A stretch of DNA of 63,664 nucleotides, filler included, from Chiloscyllium plagiosum (lineage: Eukaryota): the NCBI RefSeq assembly GCF_004010195.1. It is 4 parts of one record of this genome, joined end to end, with 100 filler letters (N's around TTAATTAATTAA, not from the genome) between each part and the next. Parts side by side here need not be neighbours in the genome. Positions count along the whole stretch, not along the records: positions 1 to 28,121 come from NC_057712.1; 3 more parts are not named here. One strand, 5' to 3'. The translations under genes and the position numbers were made by a program. The notes beneath the pieces were generated by a model. That model did not search any database and was not told the DNA's origin. It saw only the letters and a program-made list of their open reading frames with translations. Shown piece after piece: positions 1-13,000 of the stretch. Position 1 is the first letter of the stretch. Each line of letters opens with the position of its first letter.

Positions 1-405
1 GCTGGGACTAGATCACCATGCTGGTACTAGACAACAACACTGGGACTAGCACACCACATTGGAACTAGACCACCATGCTGGGACTAGATCACCATGCTGG
101 GACTAGATCACCATGCTGGGACTAGACAACCACGCTGAGAGTAGACCACCACACTGGGACTAGACCACCACACTGGGACTAGACAACCACACTGGGAGTA
201 GACCACCACACTGGGACTAGACCACCACACTGAGACTATACTGCCATGCTGGGACTAGACCACCACGATGAGACTAGACCACCACGGTGAGACTAGTCCA
301 TCACACTGAGACTATACTGCCATGCTGGGACTAGATCACCACACTGAGACTATACTACCATGCTGGGACTAGAACACCACGCTGGGACTAGATCACCATG
401 CTGGG
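1..405. repeat. Minisatellite, ~19-bp unit (consensus ~GCTGGGACTAGACCACCAY), ~21 copies, running into an assembly gap
   Basis: Head-to-tail near-identical 19-mers with no unique spacers; ends at the N-run 406-905. Confidence 0.95.
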
Positions 406-905
406 NNNNNNNNNNNNNNNNNNNNNNNNNNNNNNNNNNNNNNNNNNNNNNNNNNNNNNNNNNNNNNNNNNNNNNNNNNNNNNNNNNNNNNNNNNNNNNN
501 NNNNNNNNNNNNNNNNNNNNNNNNNNNNNNNNNNNNNNNNNNNNNNNNNNNNNNNNNNNNNNNNNNNNNNNNNNNNNNNNNNNNNNNNNNNNNNNNNNNN
601 NNNNNNNNNNNNNNNNNNNNNNNNNNNNNNNNNNNNNNNNNNNNNNNNNNNNNNNNNNNNNNNNNNNNNNNNNNNNNNNNNNNNNNNNNNNNNNNNNNNN
701 NNNNNNNNNNNNNNNNNNNNNNNNNNNNNNNNNNNNNNNNNNNNNNNNNNNNNNNNNNNNNNNNNNNNNNNNNNNNNNNNNNNNNNNNNNNNNNNNNNNN
801 NNNNNNNNNNNNNNNNNNNNNNNNNNNNNNNNNNNNNNNNNNNNNNNNNNNNNNNNNNNNNNNNNNNNNNNNNNNNNNNNNNNNNNNNNNNNNNNNNNNN
901 NNNNN
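406..905. other. Assembly gap (500 N)
   Basis: N-run; the ORFs spanning it are artefacts. Confidence 0.99.
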
Positions 906-906
906 A

Positions 907-1580
907 ACCTTCAGGCCTAACAGTCTCTCCAACACCAAATACTGGCAAATTTAAATTCCCTTAAGTTCAGGTCCTTCAGCCACTGTTACCTCAGGGAGAT
1001 TGCTTGTGTCTTCCCCAGTGAACACAGATCTGAAGTACCCATTTAATTCCTCTGCCATTTCTTTGTTCTTAGTAATATTGTTTCTGTCTTCAAGGGCCCA
1101 ATTTTAGTCCTTTTTTTTGCCTTGCACATACCTAAAAAAGCTTTTACTATCCTCCTTAATATTCTTGGCCAGTTTACCTTCGTACCTCATTTTTTTCTCT
1201 GCGTATTTCCTTCTTAGTAATCCTCTGTTGCTCTTTAAAAGCTTCTCAGTCCTCAGTTTTCCCACTTATCTTAGTTATGTTATACTTTTTCTCTTTTAAC
1301 TTTATATGTTTCTTAACTTCCCTCGTCAGCCATGGCCACCCATGCCTCCTCCTAGGATCTTTCTTCCTTTTTGGAATGAACTGATCCTGCAACTTCTGCA
1401 TTATACACAGAAATATCCGCCATTGTTCCTCCACTGTCATCCCTGCTAAGGTATTGCACCATTGAACTTTGGCCAGCTCCTCCCTCATAGCTCCATAGTT
1501 CCCTTTATTCAACAGAAATATTGTCACTTCCAATTGTACCCTCTCCCTCTCAAATTGCAGATTGAAGCTTATTGTATTAA
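907..1580 (-). mobile_element. CR1-clade LINE ORF2 fragment (region between endonuclease and RT)
   Basis: ORF 1246-1533 (NKGNYGAMREELAKVQW...QDQFIPKRKK...PWLTREVKKHIKLKEKKY) resembles the CR1 ORF2 tether region; frameshifted. Confidence 0.85.
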
Positions 1581-2266
1581 GTCATTAAAGCACTTCTTGC
1601 CCTGAAGTCTGCAGAGTGACAATACTTCTGCTACTGTCTTTATTGGACACCTCCCACTGCATCTTCTTTTTTCATCAAAAGGGTTTTGCTTCTTGTTGTT
1701 GGGAATGAGAAGCATTACCACGAGGGATGTGCGCCCAAGTGAGGTGCAGCTTTGGCAATCTTGGATTCAGTTTCAAAGCTGTCCCTTTCATATTTCAGCT
1801 GACCAGAAAACCTTTACAGTATAAGAAAACATTTGATAATTAATTAGTAATATTGTACAGGTTGATTTCACTCCTTTAGTTTTTGTTAATAATAAATTCA
1901 ACAAAATGCAGACTTGCCTCAAACCAAAGGTCATGGAACAGAAGTTCACAGAAAAGTCAAACAAAGAATGGTTGAGAACAGTGGTTTATAACATTTTATT
2001 TAAAAATGAGTGAACAGTCCTAAATTTAAAGGTATTACAATAATGTCAAAATGTCTTGTGACAAATCAGAGAACAAACAATATTGCTTAAAAAGGAATAC
2101 TAGCGTCAATTCCACAAAGTCCAACTTCAATGAGAGCAGATGTCAGTAATTAAAATGGATGGTAAATCATGGAAAACGGATGATAATCTTACCAATATGT
2201 GTGGTATCAATAAGCTAAAGTGTGATTGGTCAAATCAGTCCTTAATATTACAGGCATGAACATTAC

Positions 2267-2272
2267 TCAGAC
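2267..2272 (-). CDS. LAMA2: Candidate 6-nt LAMA2 micro-exon (GTCTGA, phase 1/1)
   Basis: Minus strand reads tattctatttcattttag|GTCTGA|gtaatg. It is frame-preserving after the phase-1 exon ending at 30275 (A|GT CTG A| = S-L). Human LAMA2 has a 6-bp exon at this junction (recalled). No transcript evidence. Confidence 0.55.
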   Translation of the reverse strand, partial: V

Positions 2273-4992
2273 CTAAAATGAAATAGAATATACCCTTGAC
2301 TGCTGAGCAAATTGTCTCATAACTGCCAATTTGTCTCTGATTGTGTTTTTGCTGTTGTTCTAGTGTATTTATGACATAAATGGATTTTTGTGGTATCATG
2401 GGGATCTGTTGCAAAGCCCACAACAATTTGTTCTGTCAAATTACATATGAGGATCAGCTACAGCAAATGCTTTCAGAAAATAAATATTGGCTTATTTTGG
2501 AATGTTACCACAACAAAATCACATTAAATCACAGAATATTTTTCTTGTCAAACCTGTACTCTTAATATTGAAATTTAAACACTAACCAATTACATGTATT
2601 TGGTGATCATAATTAGTGTTGGTAGTGATCAGTGAAGAACCATTAAACTGCAACATATAGAGAGAAAAATGAACTGTTCGAGAGAGTTCCTTAAAAATTG
2701 AGATTTTTTTGCATTTATTAATTTAAACTTGTATCTTTTTATTTAGAAAGGGCAACATTAAACGAGCAACCAAATCTTGGTCACCCTCTTTGTTCAGCAT
2801 TTACTATGCTGTCCAATCAGCTTGCTCTTCACAGTCTTCTGTGCTTTGCTCCTCTGTCCATGTTTAATGAGACTGACTAATACTATGCCAAACAGCGAGC
2901 CCAACAGCATGTCCAATTTAGAATTCATTTTTAAAAACAATATATTAACTCCCTGCTGACCACCATTTTTTTAAGATTCATTTCCTCCACATACCACAGC
3001 TGCCACTCTGCAATGATTCAGTTACTTCCTGCCTGCAACTTGTGGGTAGGCAGTCAACCTGCAACAAGGTCAGTGCTGATGCTGCTGAGAGACAGTTGCT
3101 AGGAGATAAGCGAGACTCATGGGGGTTGACTCAACCTTTGACTTTCCCTTCATCTCAGGCTTATCACAGTGTCTCTGTAGAAACACTCAGCAGAGCTAGA
3201 AATCTAAGATATTTTAACAGGGATAAATATGCTTCATATGCATCATTTTGGTGCATTCGTGCACTCTATTATTGCTGATTCTCTTCCATAACAAAGTAAC
3301 ACAATTTGTCCTTTAAAATAAACTCCAGGAAGCTAAGATCCATTTATTAGAAATCATTCTCAGTTATAAAACTGTTTACGTAGATGGCAATGTAAATTTA
3401 TTTGGTAAAGTACTGTTCTGACAAATCAAAACAAGATGATAGTAATATATTTTCCTCCTCCAAATTGTGCTGATTGATGAAAACAATGATTAACAGCCCA
3501 TCTACATTTGATAATCAAACACACAAAGTTTCAAGCATAAGGAACAGGAATGCTAATTGATATCCTCTTTCAGCCTGAAAGATTTGGACAAAATTGCAGA
3601 AGCTTAATTGAACTTCTGAGGAGACTGCAGCTCAGATATGCCAATACTTCTGTCCATGTTCAGCTGTTTTTGTAGAATTCCATATAGCATAGTAATTTAC
3701 CACATTGCTGCAAATTTTAGCTTCTTCAAAGATTCAATCCAGCCAGGTGCTCATAATAACATTTTAAAATAAAGCTGTTCCTACCTCTAGATGTCGCAAG
3801 CACGTTTTGAAACTACTGTGTAGCAGTTGGTGGAATTATGTAGCCATCCATCATTGTGCTCTTTATTTTCAGTATCCTAGTTAAATTCAAACAACATTAA
3901 CACCGGAGTTTAATTCTGTATAACTGGGAGACTATTAGTTAAAATGACGCTCAGGTCTAACATTCTTAGCACATTTGTTTCTACTGCTATTTTAATCCAA
4001 CTAATTCTGGTCATAGGTAAGGCATTTATTATCAGACTCAATGTGATTTTTTTCACCCTAGATTTGAACTACAATGTCTATCAGGTTTCATTAAATAAGA
4101 AGTAGCTTTTGGAGAGCTCTAATATATTCACCCCGCAAATATTTACTGTACTTTTTAAAAATAAGGTCCTGTAAGTGTGCCACATTATATATTATCTTTT
4201 ATTCTAAGATTACATAAAGTCAGAGTGGAGCTTGGCTAGGATATATATGACTTTAAATAACAATATATAATTCTACATTTTCAATCACATTAATGATCAT
4301 GCATTTTCCTAAGATAATTTAGCAAATATGTTCTTGCTCTTCCTCTAAATGTAAGATAAAATGGACTGACTCTGCCACATATCTGTATTTTTTAAATAAA
4401 ACAGTTAATATATTTTTTTGAGAAATGGGGGAAGTAAATAAGAAACAGAATTAACCATCCCTAAACAAACACAAAAAATTCACCTACATTTCAGTCTAAT
4501 TCTAGCTTGCAATTAACTGGAGCTCTTTGATTCTTCAGAAAAAATACAAATTTACCTTAATAGAGAATGTACATTTCATCTAAAAGAAGTTTAACTAAAG
4601 TGTCTCAAGCATCAGTTCAGAAGGAAACTATCATTTTTCCAATACAATGACGAAAATAAAATATGTCCAATTTGGCAAAATTTTGTTGCATCTATCTTTA
4701 GAAAGCCTAGAAGAGATCAATAGTCCACTGAATTGTGTACCCAAGAGTTTAGAGTTTGACTAGGATCTAAATCTCAAGCTATATGGCTTTATTTCCTTTC
4801 CTTACAAGACTACTGACACCAATGGTGTGATGTCAGAGACATATAGGGATGAGAGCTGATGGTGGGAACGCCAGAAAACTCCACGTCTGGGAGTTTTTTT
4901 TTAAACCATATCTCTGCTAAAAGACTGGCAGAAGACTGGAAACAGTTAGAATGGTGCAAGTGGGACCCAACAGGGTTTAAGGTTTGGATTGG

Positions 4993-5125
4993 AGGAGAAA
5001 GTGAGGTCTGCAGATGTTGGAGATCAGAGCTGAAAATGTGTTGCTGGAACAGCGCAGCAGGTCAGGCAGCATCCAGGGAACAGGAGAATCGACGTTTCGG
5101 GCATAAGCCCTTCTTCAGGGCTTAT
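4993..5125 (-). mobile_element. Penelope-like pseudo-LTR fragment (family A) with hammerhead core
   Basis: Same GGAGAAAGTGAGG..CTGCAGATGCTGG repeat that adjoins the PLE ORF at 23046. Minus strand reads CTGAAGA-A-GGGC-TTAT-GCCC-GAAACGTC (5118->5091). Confidence 0.8.
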
Positions 5126-7621
5126 CTTGTAGGGAGTAGTAGGATTGGATTCCCTAAAGTGGTTGAACTTTAAGACAAAGTTTTATAAACCTTATCCGAG
5201 AATGGGCGAGTGAGGTGTCTACAGAGGGTCTTTTGAGGTCAGTGGTGTACATGGGGCTTTGTGGTGACAGGACAGCTGGGAAAAGAGTCTTCTATTTGCA
5301 GTCATGCAATGGAGTTTTCAGGTCTTGAATCAGGTCATTGAAGAAGAAAATGTTAAATTATAGCATAAGATTTAACTAATTTCTTTGTACACAATGAGCT
5401 GGACACAAGAGATACTTACAGAAAAAAAAAAGCTTGATTCACTATTTTCCTCTAATTGGTTATGGTCCCTTTTTATACAAGTACTTGTACTTCAGGTACA
5501 TTGTTCCTTACAGAGGCCTCTAATCAGAGTATAGAGTCCAGCCTGAACAGCGCATCTTAGTCTAATATAACAAACACTTCAGGACATTTAAATTCTCGAA
5601 TTTTTGTTTGATGTATTTTATCTTACTCTAATGCTCAATCATGGATAACATACAAAGCACTTCTTTTTAAGAAGTTGTTTTTCTGTCAGGGCTACTTTCC
5701 CACCACCTCCACAAACCTGTCTAAATCTGACACAAGCACTGAATGCATTTACATTTCGCTTTGAAACACAGATTAAAGCAGCACCTACTACTCCCTACAA
5801 GATAAATATCACTATCTCCTAACATCCCTTCCTCTGCCACACTCCCATCAGCACAAGCCCTGGAGCATAATCCAACACTTTCTTACATCATCTTCCAGGA
5901 TTTACCCAAGAGGTTTTGACATGAATCCTGTCAATTCGGAGAGTTATCAGTGTGAGTGAAATCAGCACCAACAGGTTGTTCCAAATACTGTATGCTGATG
6001 AGGCCGAATCACTAATTTCCAACAATTCTTGGGCCTCTCAGTTCAGGAGTATGTTGGTGTTGTATAAGAATGAATCCCAACCAAAACCTACACCTCTAAC
6101 TCCCCCCAAAAAGCCTATTCCATGTAAGGCGCAAAGTATATGATATTAAATGAGTTTTTTTAAATGCGCAATGTAAGTTGCTATTTGCTCCAACAGCAGC
6201 ACAGGCCATAAGTTCACAGAACATAAGATTTCAGCAACAATGCAGTTTCCAGAATTATGTATCCTACCATCTTTGTTTTAATAAAGCAATGCTTACTACT
6301 TAAAAAATAGGCAAATAGCCAAAGTTAAAAGTATTTTTTAAATGATATCAGCAAGAAATAACTGATCCTGTATACAATTCTGCAGATTATTCATTTTGTA
6401 ATGCATAAAATATCAGCATATATTTTAATATTCCGTTCAGCTAAATCCATCTTATCCATCGAATCTACCAGTAAACTGCTGTCATAGAAACAGGAGAGAG
6501 GCAGTTTGAAGCAGAAATGCGCACATGTTTAGAAGGCAGTGCTGCAGAGACATTTATTGGGTGAACAACTCTGGTTGGATGGTAAGATAGCAAGTGAAGA
6601 TAATTTTGTGAATAAGGAAGATCGGACAAATTAAAAGCAAAGAAAGTTGTGATGTTACAAGATCAAAAATTATAAATAATAAATAGGCAGGATCAATATG
6701 GCTACAGGCCGTAAACATCAAAATGTGCAGAAACAACGATAATAAGTAACCTGTATGTTTTTTATAGAGCAGAATTGGGGTACAAATAAGAATTGATGAT
6801 TTAATGAGGGATTAAGTGGCTGAACTAGTAGTGGCATTATAAGTAGGATTGTAATGATAACATGAACAAAACATTTGAAGGTCCAGATAAATAATATAAA
6901 ACTGTAATAAGTAAGTTGATGATGAATGTTGTCAGGGTAGTTGTATATGCGTTCCTGCTGGTGCCATGTATACAGTTTCATTAAATTTTTATTCATTATT
7001 CTTCAACAAAGTTCCTATTTCAATATCATGTGCAATACCATGTGGAGATTTTTCTTCATGTGCCCATCCATCTCTATCTATATAGCAGGAACTATACGAT
7101 TGAACGGGTAGCAAGAAGATAAGACATAGCAATATAACAAATTGGTGACAGCCTAATAATCATTTGTCAGTATTTGTACATAACACAAGCAAATCTTATG
7201 ACCTGTTCTTGTACCATTCATCCTCATTTTATTCAATACAATGTACAATCTAATATTAAACACCATTGTTGTGACTGCCTTGAAAATTAATCCTGATGGG
7301 AAATTCCCTGGTTTCACACAATTTTCCATGTGACTAAGATTCTCCAGCATTCTTTTCTAAATATTTAATGGATAATCTAGATTTATGGTTTATCATTCTT
7401 TTCTGCTAATTCTGGAAACTAACCTTCTGCTTTAATCTACACAAAATCAAACTACTACCCATGCTGGGATTTGGAGAGAAAATAAACCGTGTTAGATATA
7501 CTCCACAAGTTTGGAGAAAGTTAACACTTTTGAAAGCCTTGAAGTTCTGACAAGATATATTTTCTGCTTAATTTGTTATTGCCCCATCTGTTCCTGTGAA
7601 ACTGCAAGTGAAGAAGCAGCA

Positions 7622-7801
7622 CTGAAAAATGTGTTGCTGGATAGGCGCAGCAGGTCAGGTAGCATCCACGGAGCAGGAGAATCGACGTTTCGGGCATAAG
7701 CCCTTCTTCCTGCTCCTTGGATGCTGCCTGACCTGCTGCTCTTTTCCAGCAACACATTTTTCAGCTCTTATCTCCAGCAGCTGCAGTCCTCACTTTCTCC
7801 T
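7622..7801. mobile_element. Foldback (inverted) PLE family A pseudo-LTR mini-element with 15-bp TSD
   Basis: Two opposed pLTR arms; AGTGAAGAAGCAGCA duplicated at 7607-7621 and 7802-7816. Confidence 0.85.
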
Positions 7802-9296
7802 AGTGAAGAAGCAGCAGCCAGCAACCAGCGGCAAAAACAACTAAACATCAAGAAGAGAGGCTAAATATTACTTCAAAAACTCTTTCATAAATACCTTGTC
7901 TTCAGTAAGCCAGAAATAAATCACAAAAAAAGTGAGAAAAAATATATGATGCTGATAACCCTGTGTAAGTGACAGAGGGTGCTCATTGCTGGCCTCCACT
8001 TCTGGCCTTGTCACAACATGTGGGCTCAAGTGGAGTCAGTTAATTAAAGTATTATTGAATTTCTTATTCATGTACTTGCCAGATCTTTGACCCAATTCAA
8101 GGAAATTCTTAATCTGGAACTCCTTGGTTCGGGGCCCTCCCAATGCATGGACAGATGGATGGTGACTCTAATCCAAACAATATCCCAGAAATCTTTCAAA
8201 CATTCGTGCAACATATAAAATTCCAGGTTTTGCACAGCATGTCCTCCAAAAGTACAGCAGAAATCCATAATAATATAGAATAAGCAATGAGTCACATGCC
8301 ATGTGTTATAACCAATTCTGATGTTACCAACCTCCATCTTTGACTTGTATGATTTAGTTTCCAGCCATCAATTGCAGAAACATTTCCACTTGCCTCAAAC
8401 TCTACACAATGTTTTCTTCAGTTGCCAAGAAACAGAAACTCTTTCATTCTTCCTTGTTCAACTTAGGCAGTGAACTGGGAACCAAGATATAGAGCTTTTC
8501 CTTGAGAGCAAGTTTAGAACATCCTTTCATATCTCCTGCTAACCTGCAACTGTTCTCTTTCATGTGTTTAAAGACAATTAACATGCATTGCCTGATGGTT
8601 TTTAACATCTAACTGATTTGACATCAAAACACAGACCAACTTCATGCCATATTTCAAATTTTCCCATCAAAATTAACACAGTTCCTTGATAGAATAAAGG
8701 CCTTCATGCAAATGCATGAGAGGCTGGCATTCTAGTTAACCTGAAAGCATATATTTCCATCGAATGCTCCCTTGAGCCCATGTTCCTACCTCATGAAAAG
8801 TAGTGATCTGCAATGAGTGAGTAGTTCCAAGATCACCCTCCCCAGACAGTGGTACAGATGACAATTGCGAGCCTGACGCTGACAGAATCACATCATTTTC
8901 TCTCACCCCATTGCCATCTGCTCACCTGGTTCTTGATGGAGAAGAACAAAGATCACAAGAAGCCTAGGAAAAGAATCCCTCTGCAAGACTGGGAAGATCA
9001 TTCTGCTCCATATCAGGAACAAAAGGTGGAAGGTCCTCCTTCAACATGCAACAGAAATGAAGGAAGATGGCCAAGGAAGGAAAATCAATAATACAGACCC
9101 GAAACCTAAAATAGATAGTGAAATTAGACCTATGGTATATTTACAAATGTTCAGGTTTCTGACAATACCCATTTCTGCATTGATTAATTGTGGGACATTG
9201 GTAAGATGTACTGGATTCATTTAAACTGTCATGAAAGTTGCCATTTTTAGAAGATGAAGTGTGGGAAGAAAACAGAATTTAGAAGAAGGGGAATCA

Positions 9297-9798
9297 TATA
9301 GCATAGAAACAGACCCTTTGGTCCAACTTGTCCATGCCAAGTTTCCCAAACTAACCTAGTCCCACTTGCCTGCATATGGCCCATGTCCCTCCAAACCATT
9401 CCAATTCATGTACCTGTCCAAATATCATTTAAATGTTGTAATTGTACCTCCAACTACCACTTCCTTTTGCAATTCCTTCCACATACAAACCACCTTCTGT
9501 GTAAAACAGTTGTCCCTCAGGTCCCTTTTAAATCTCTCCTTAAAAATATGCCCTCTAGAACTCACCTGCCCTGGACAAATGTCCTTCACTGTTCACCTTA
9601 TCTATGCCTCTGCCCACTATGATTTTATAAACCTCCATAAAGTCACCCCTCAATCTCCTATGCTCAAGAGAAAAAAGTCCCAGCTTATCCAGCCTCTTCC
9701 TATAACTTAAACCCTCCACTTCCAGCAACATTGTTGTAAATCTCTTCTGATCCCTCTTCAATTTAATTATATCCTACCTTTAGCAGGGTGACCAGAAC
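9297..9798 (-). mobile_element. CR1 LINE 3' fragment
   Basis: ORF 9555-9761 QKRFTTML..GLSYRKRLDKLGLFSLEHRRLRGD is the CR1 ORF2 C-terminal motif; followed by 3' UTR. Confidence 0.9.
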
Positions 9799-10028
9799 AT
9801 AGATTATGTTACTGTGTGTGTTATACCATTAAGAAGAATGGAGAGCTGAAGACGGAAAGAGTGATAGAGCACTGATAGATCAAGACCCATTGTTGTTATC
9901 TGCACTGTCAGGCATTTCAGACCATCTAAAAGTGTGAGGGGAGTCTCTCAAGATTCTGTCCCATTAGGACTATAGTATCCCAAGTGGCATGATGCATAGT
10001 AATTCACCTTTTCACTGATAATCCAGTT

Positions 10029-13000
10029 ATAGAGTCGTAGACACATAGAGCTGCACAGCTTAGAAACAGATTCTTCTGTCCAACTCATCCATACCAAACA
10101 GATATCCTAAATTAATCCAGTCCCATTTTCCAGTATTTGGCTCATATCCCTCTAAACCCTTCCCAGTCATATACCCATCCAGATGTCTTTGAAATGTTGT
10201 AACTCTACCAGCCTCCACCACTTCTACTGGCAGCTCATTCCATACACGCGCCACCCTCTGCATGAAAAGGTTGTCCCTTAGGTCCCTTTTAAATCTTTTC
10301 CCTCTTGTCTTAAACTTATACCCTCTAGTTTTGGACTCCCCCCACCCCTGGGAAAAGCCCTTGGCTTTTCTCCCTATCCATGGTCCTCATGATTTTATAA
10401 ACCTCTAAGGTCATTTCTCAGCCTCCGATGCTTCAGGGAAAATAGCTCCAGACTATTCAGCCTCTCCCAGTTGTCCTAACCCTCCAACCCTGGCAACATC
10501 CTTGTGAAACTTGAAAGGGTTAAGATAAGATTTACAAAGATAAGATAAGATTTCCTATAACAGACACCAGAATTGAACACAATATTCAAAAAGTGGCCTA
10601 ACCAATGTCCTATACAGCTGCAAAATAACCTCCCAACTCCTATACTCTATGCTCTGACCAATAAGAGATAGCATACCAAATGTTTTCTTCACTACCCTGT
10701 CTTCCTGTGTCCCCATTTGCAAGAATATATGAACTTGCACTCCAAGGCTTCTTCATTCAACAACACTCCCCAGGTGCCTTACCGTTAAGGTATATTAGTC
10801 CTACCCAATTTGCCTTTCCAAAATGCAGCAACTCACATTTATCTGAATTATACTCCATCTGCCAAACCTTGGCCCATTGGTCCAACTGATCAAGATACTC
10901 TGAGGCAACCTTTTTCACTGTCCAGTAAACCACCAATTTTAGCGTCATGTACAAACTTATTAACCATAACTCCTATGTTCACATCCAGATCACTTATATG
11001 AATGACAAAAAGTGGTGGACCCAGTACTAACCCTTGTGATACACTGCTGTCCAGCAACCCTCCACCACCATCCTCTGTCTTCTACCTTTGAGGCCGTTTT
11101 ATGTCCAAATGGTCAGTTCTCCCTGTATTCCATATGATCTAACCTTGTTAACTAGTCTACGTGCAGCACCTTGCCCAAAGCCTTACTGAAGGCCATAAAG
11201 ATCATGTCCACAGTGCTGCCCACATCAATCCTCTTCGTTACCACTTCAAAAAAATTCAATCAAGTTACTGCGATACAATTTCCCACATACAAAGCCATGT
11301 TGACTGTCCCGAATCAGTCCTTGCCTTTCCAAATATATATAAATCCTGTCCCTCAGGATCCCTTCAAGCAACTTGCTACCCACTGAGGTCAGATTCATCA
11401 GTCTATAGTTCTCTGTCTTCTTCTTATCACCTCTCTCAAAAATTCGCACCTCGTTAGCCAACCTCCAAACTTCTAGCACCTCACCTGTGACTATCAATGA
11501 TACAAATATCTCAGCAAGGACCCAGCAATCACTTCCCTAGCTTCCCACCAATTCCTAGGGATTTATCCATCCTTATGCATTTTAAAATGCCTTGTACTTC
11601 GTCTGCTGTAACATGGAACTTTTTCAAGGTGTCGCTATTTATTTCCCCATGTTCTCTATCCACCATTTATTTCTCCACAGTAAACACTGATGTACTCATT
11701 TTGCTATAGGGGAGACAGAAAGGGGGACAAGAGAGGAGGGGGAGTGGTGGTTTTGGTAAGAGGTAGCATTACTGCTGTACTAAGGGAGGATATTCCTGGA
11801 AATATATCCAGGGAATTTATTTGGGTGGAACTGAGAAATAAGAAAGGGATAATCACCTTATTGGGATTGCATTACAGACCCCCCTCCAATAGTCAGAGGG
11901 AAATTGAGAAACAAATTTGTAAGGAGATCTCAGTTATCTGTAAGAATAATAGGGTATTTATGGTAGGGGTCTTTAACTTTCCAAACATAGACTGGAACTG
12001 ACATAGTGTTAAGGGTTTAGATGGAGAGGAATTTGTTAAGTGTGTAATTGAAAATTTTCTGATTCAGTATGTGGATATACCTACTAGACTGGCGCAAAAC
12101 TTGACCTACTCTTGGGAAATAAGGCAGGGCAGGTGACTGAGGTGTCAGTAGGGGAACACTTTGGGGCCAGCGACCATACTTCTATTAGTTTTAAAATAGT
12201 GATGGAAAAAGATAGACCAGATCTAAATGTTGAATTCCTAAATTGGAGGAAGGCTAATTTTGATGGTATTAGGCAAGATCCTTCAAAAGCTGATTGGGGG
12301 CTGATGTTTGTAGGTGAAGGGACGGCTGGAAAATGGGAAGCCTTCAGAAATGAGATCATGAGAGTCCAGAGACTTAACTCTATTGCAGAACCAGTCTATG
12401 TTTGGAAAGTTGAAATCCCCTACCATAACCACCGTATTATTCTGACAGATAACTGAGATCTCCTTACAAATGTATTTCTCAATTTCCCGCTGACTATTGT
12501 GGATTCTACAGAACAATCCCAATAAGGTGATTATCCCTTTCTTATTTCGCAGTTCCCTGTAAATAACACCGCTGGACCTATTCAAAGAATATCCTCCCCT
12601 AGTACAGCCATAATGGTATCCCTAATCACTCCCCCTCTCCTCTTACCCCCTTTCTATTCTTCCTGTAGCATCCAGACCCTCGAACTTTAAGCTTCCAGTC
12701 CTGTCCATCCCTGAATCATGTTTCTGTAATTGCTATGATATCCCAGTCCCATGTTCCTAACCATGCTCTGAGTTCATCTGTCTTCCCTGTTCAACTGCAT
12801 TTACTTCAATGCAAGAGGCCTAATTTATCAGTCCTACCTTGTTCTGCTTTGCTCTTGCCTGTCCTGACTGTTTGACTTGCTCCTTTTCCCAAATGCCCCA
12901 GCTTCTGACTGATCTCTTTTTTCATTGTCTCCTTGGATACCCCCCTCCTTCCCCACAACTGCCCTTACTAGTTTAAATTCTTCCTAATAGCCCGAGCTAT

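Noticed and set aside
1..405. Regular short repeats resembling a CRISPR array
   Set aside because: Contiguous 19-bp units with no unique spacers, no cas genes, and a vertebrate intronic context: a minisatellite.
360..964. Long ORFs with X runs
   Set aside because: Artefacts of translating the 500-N gap.
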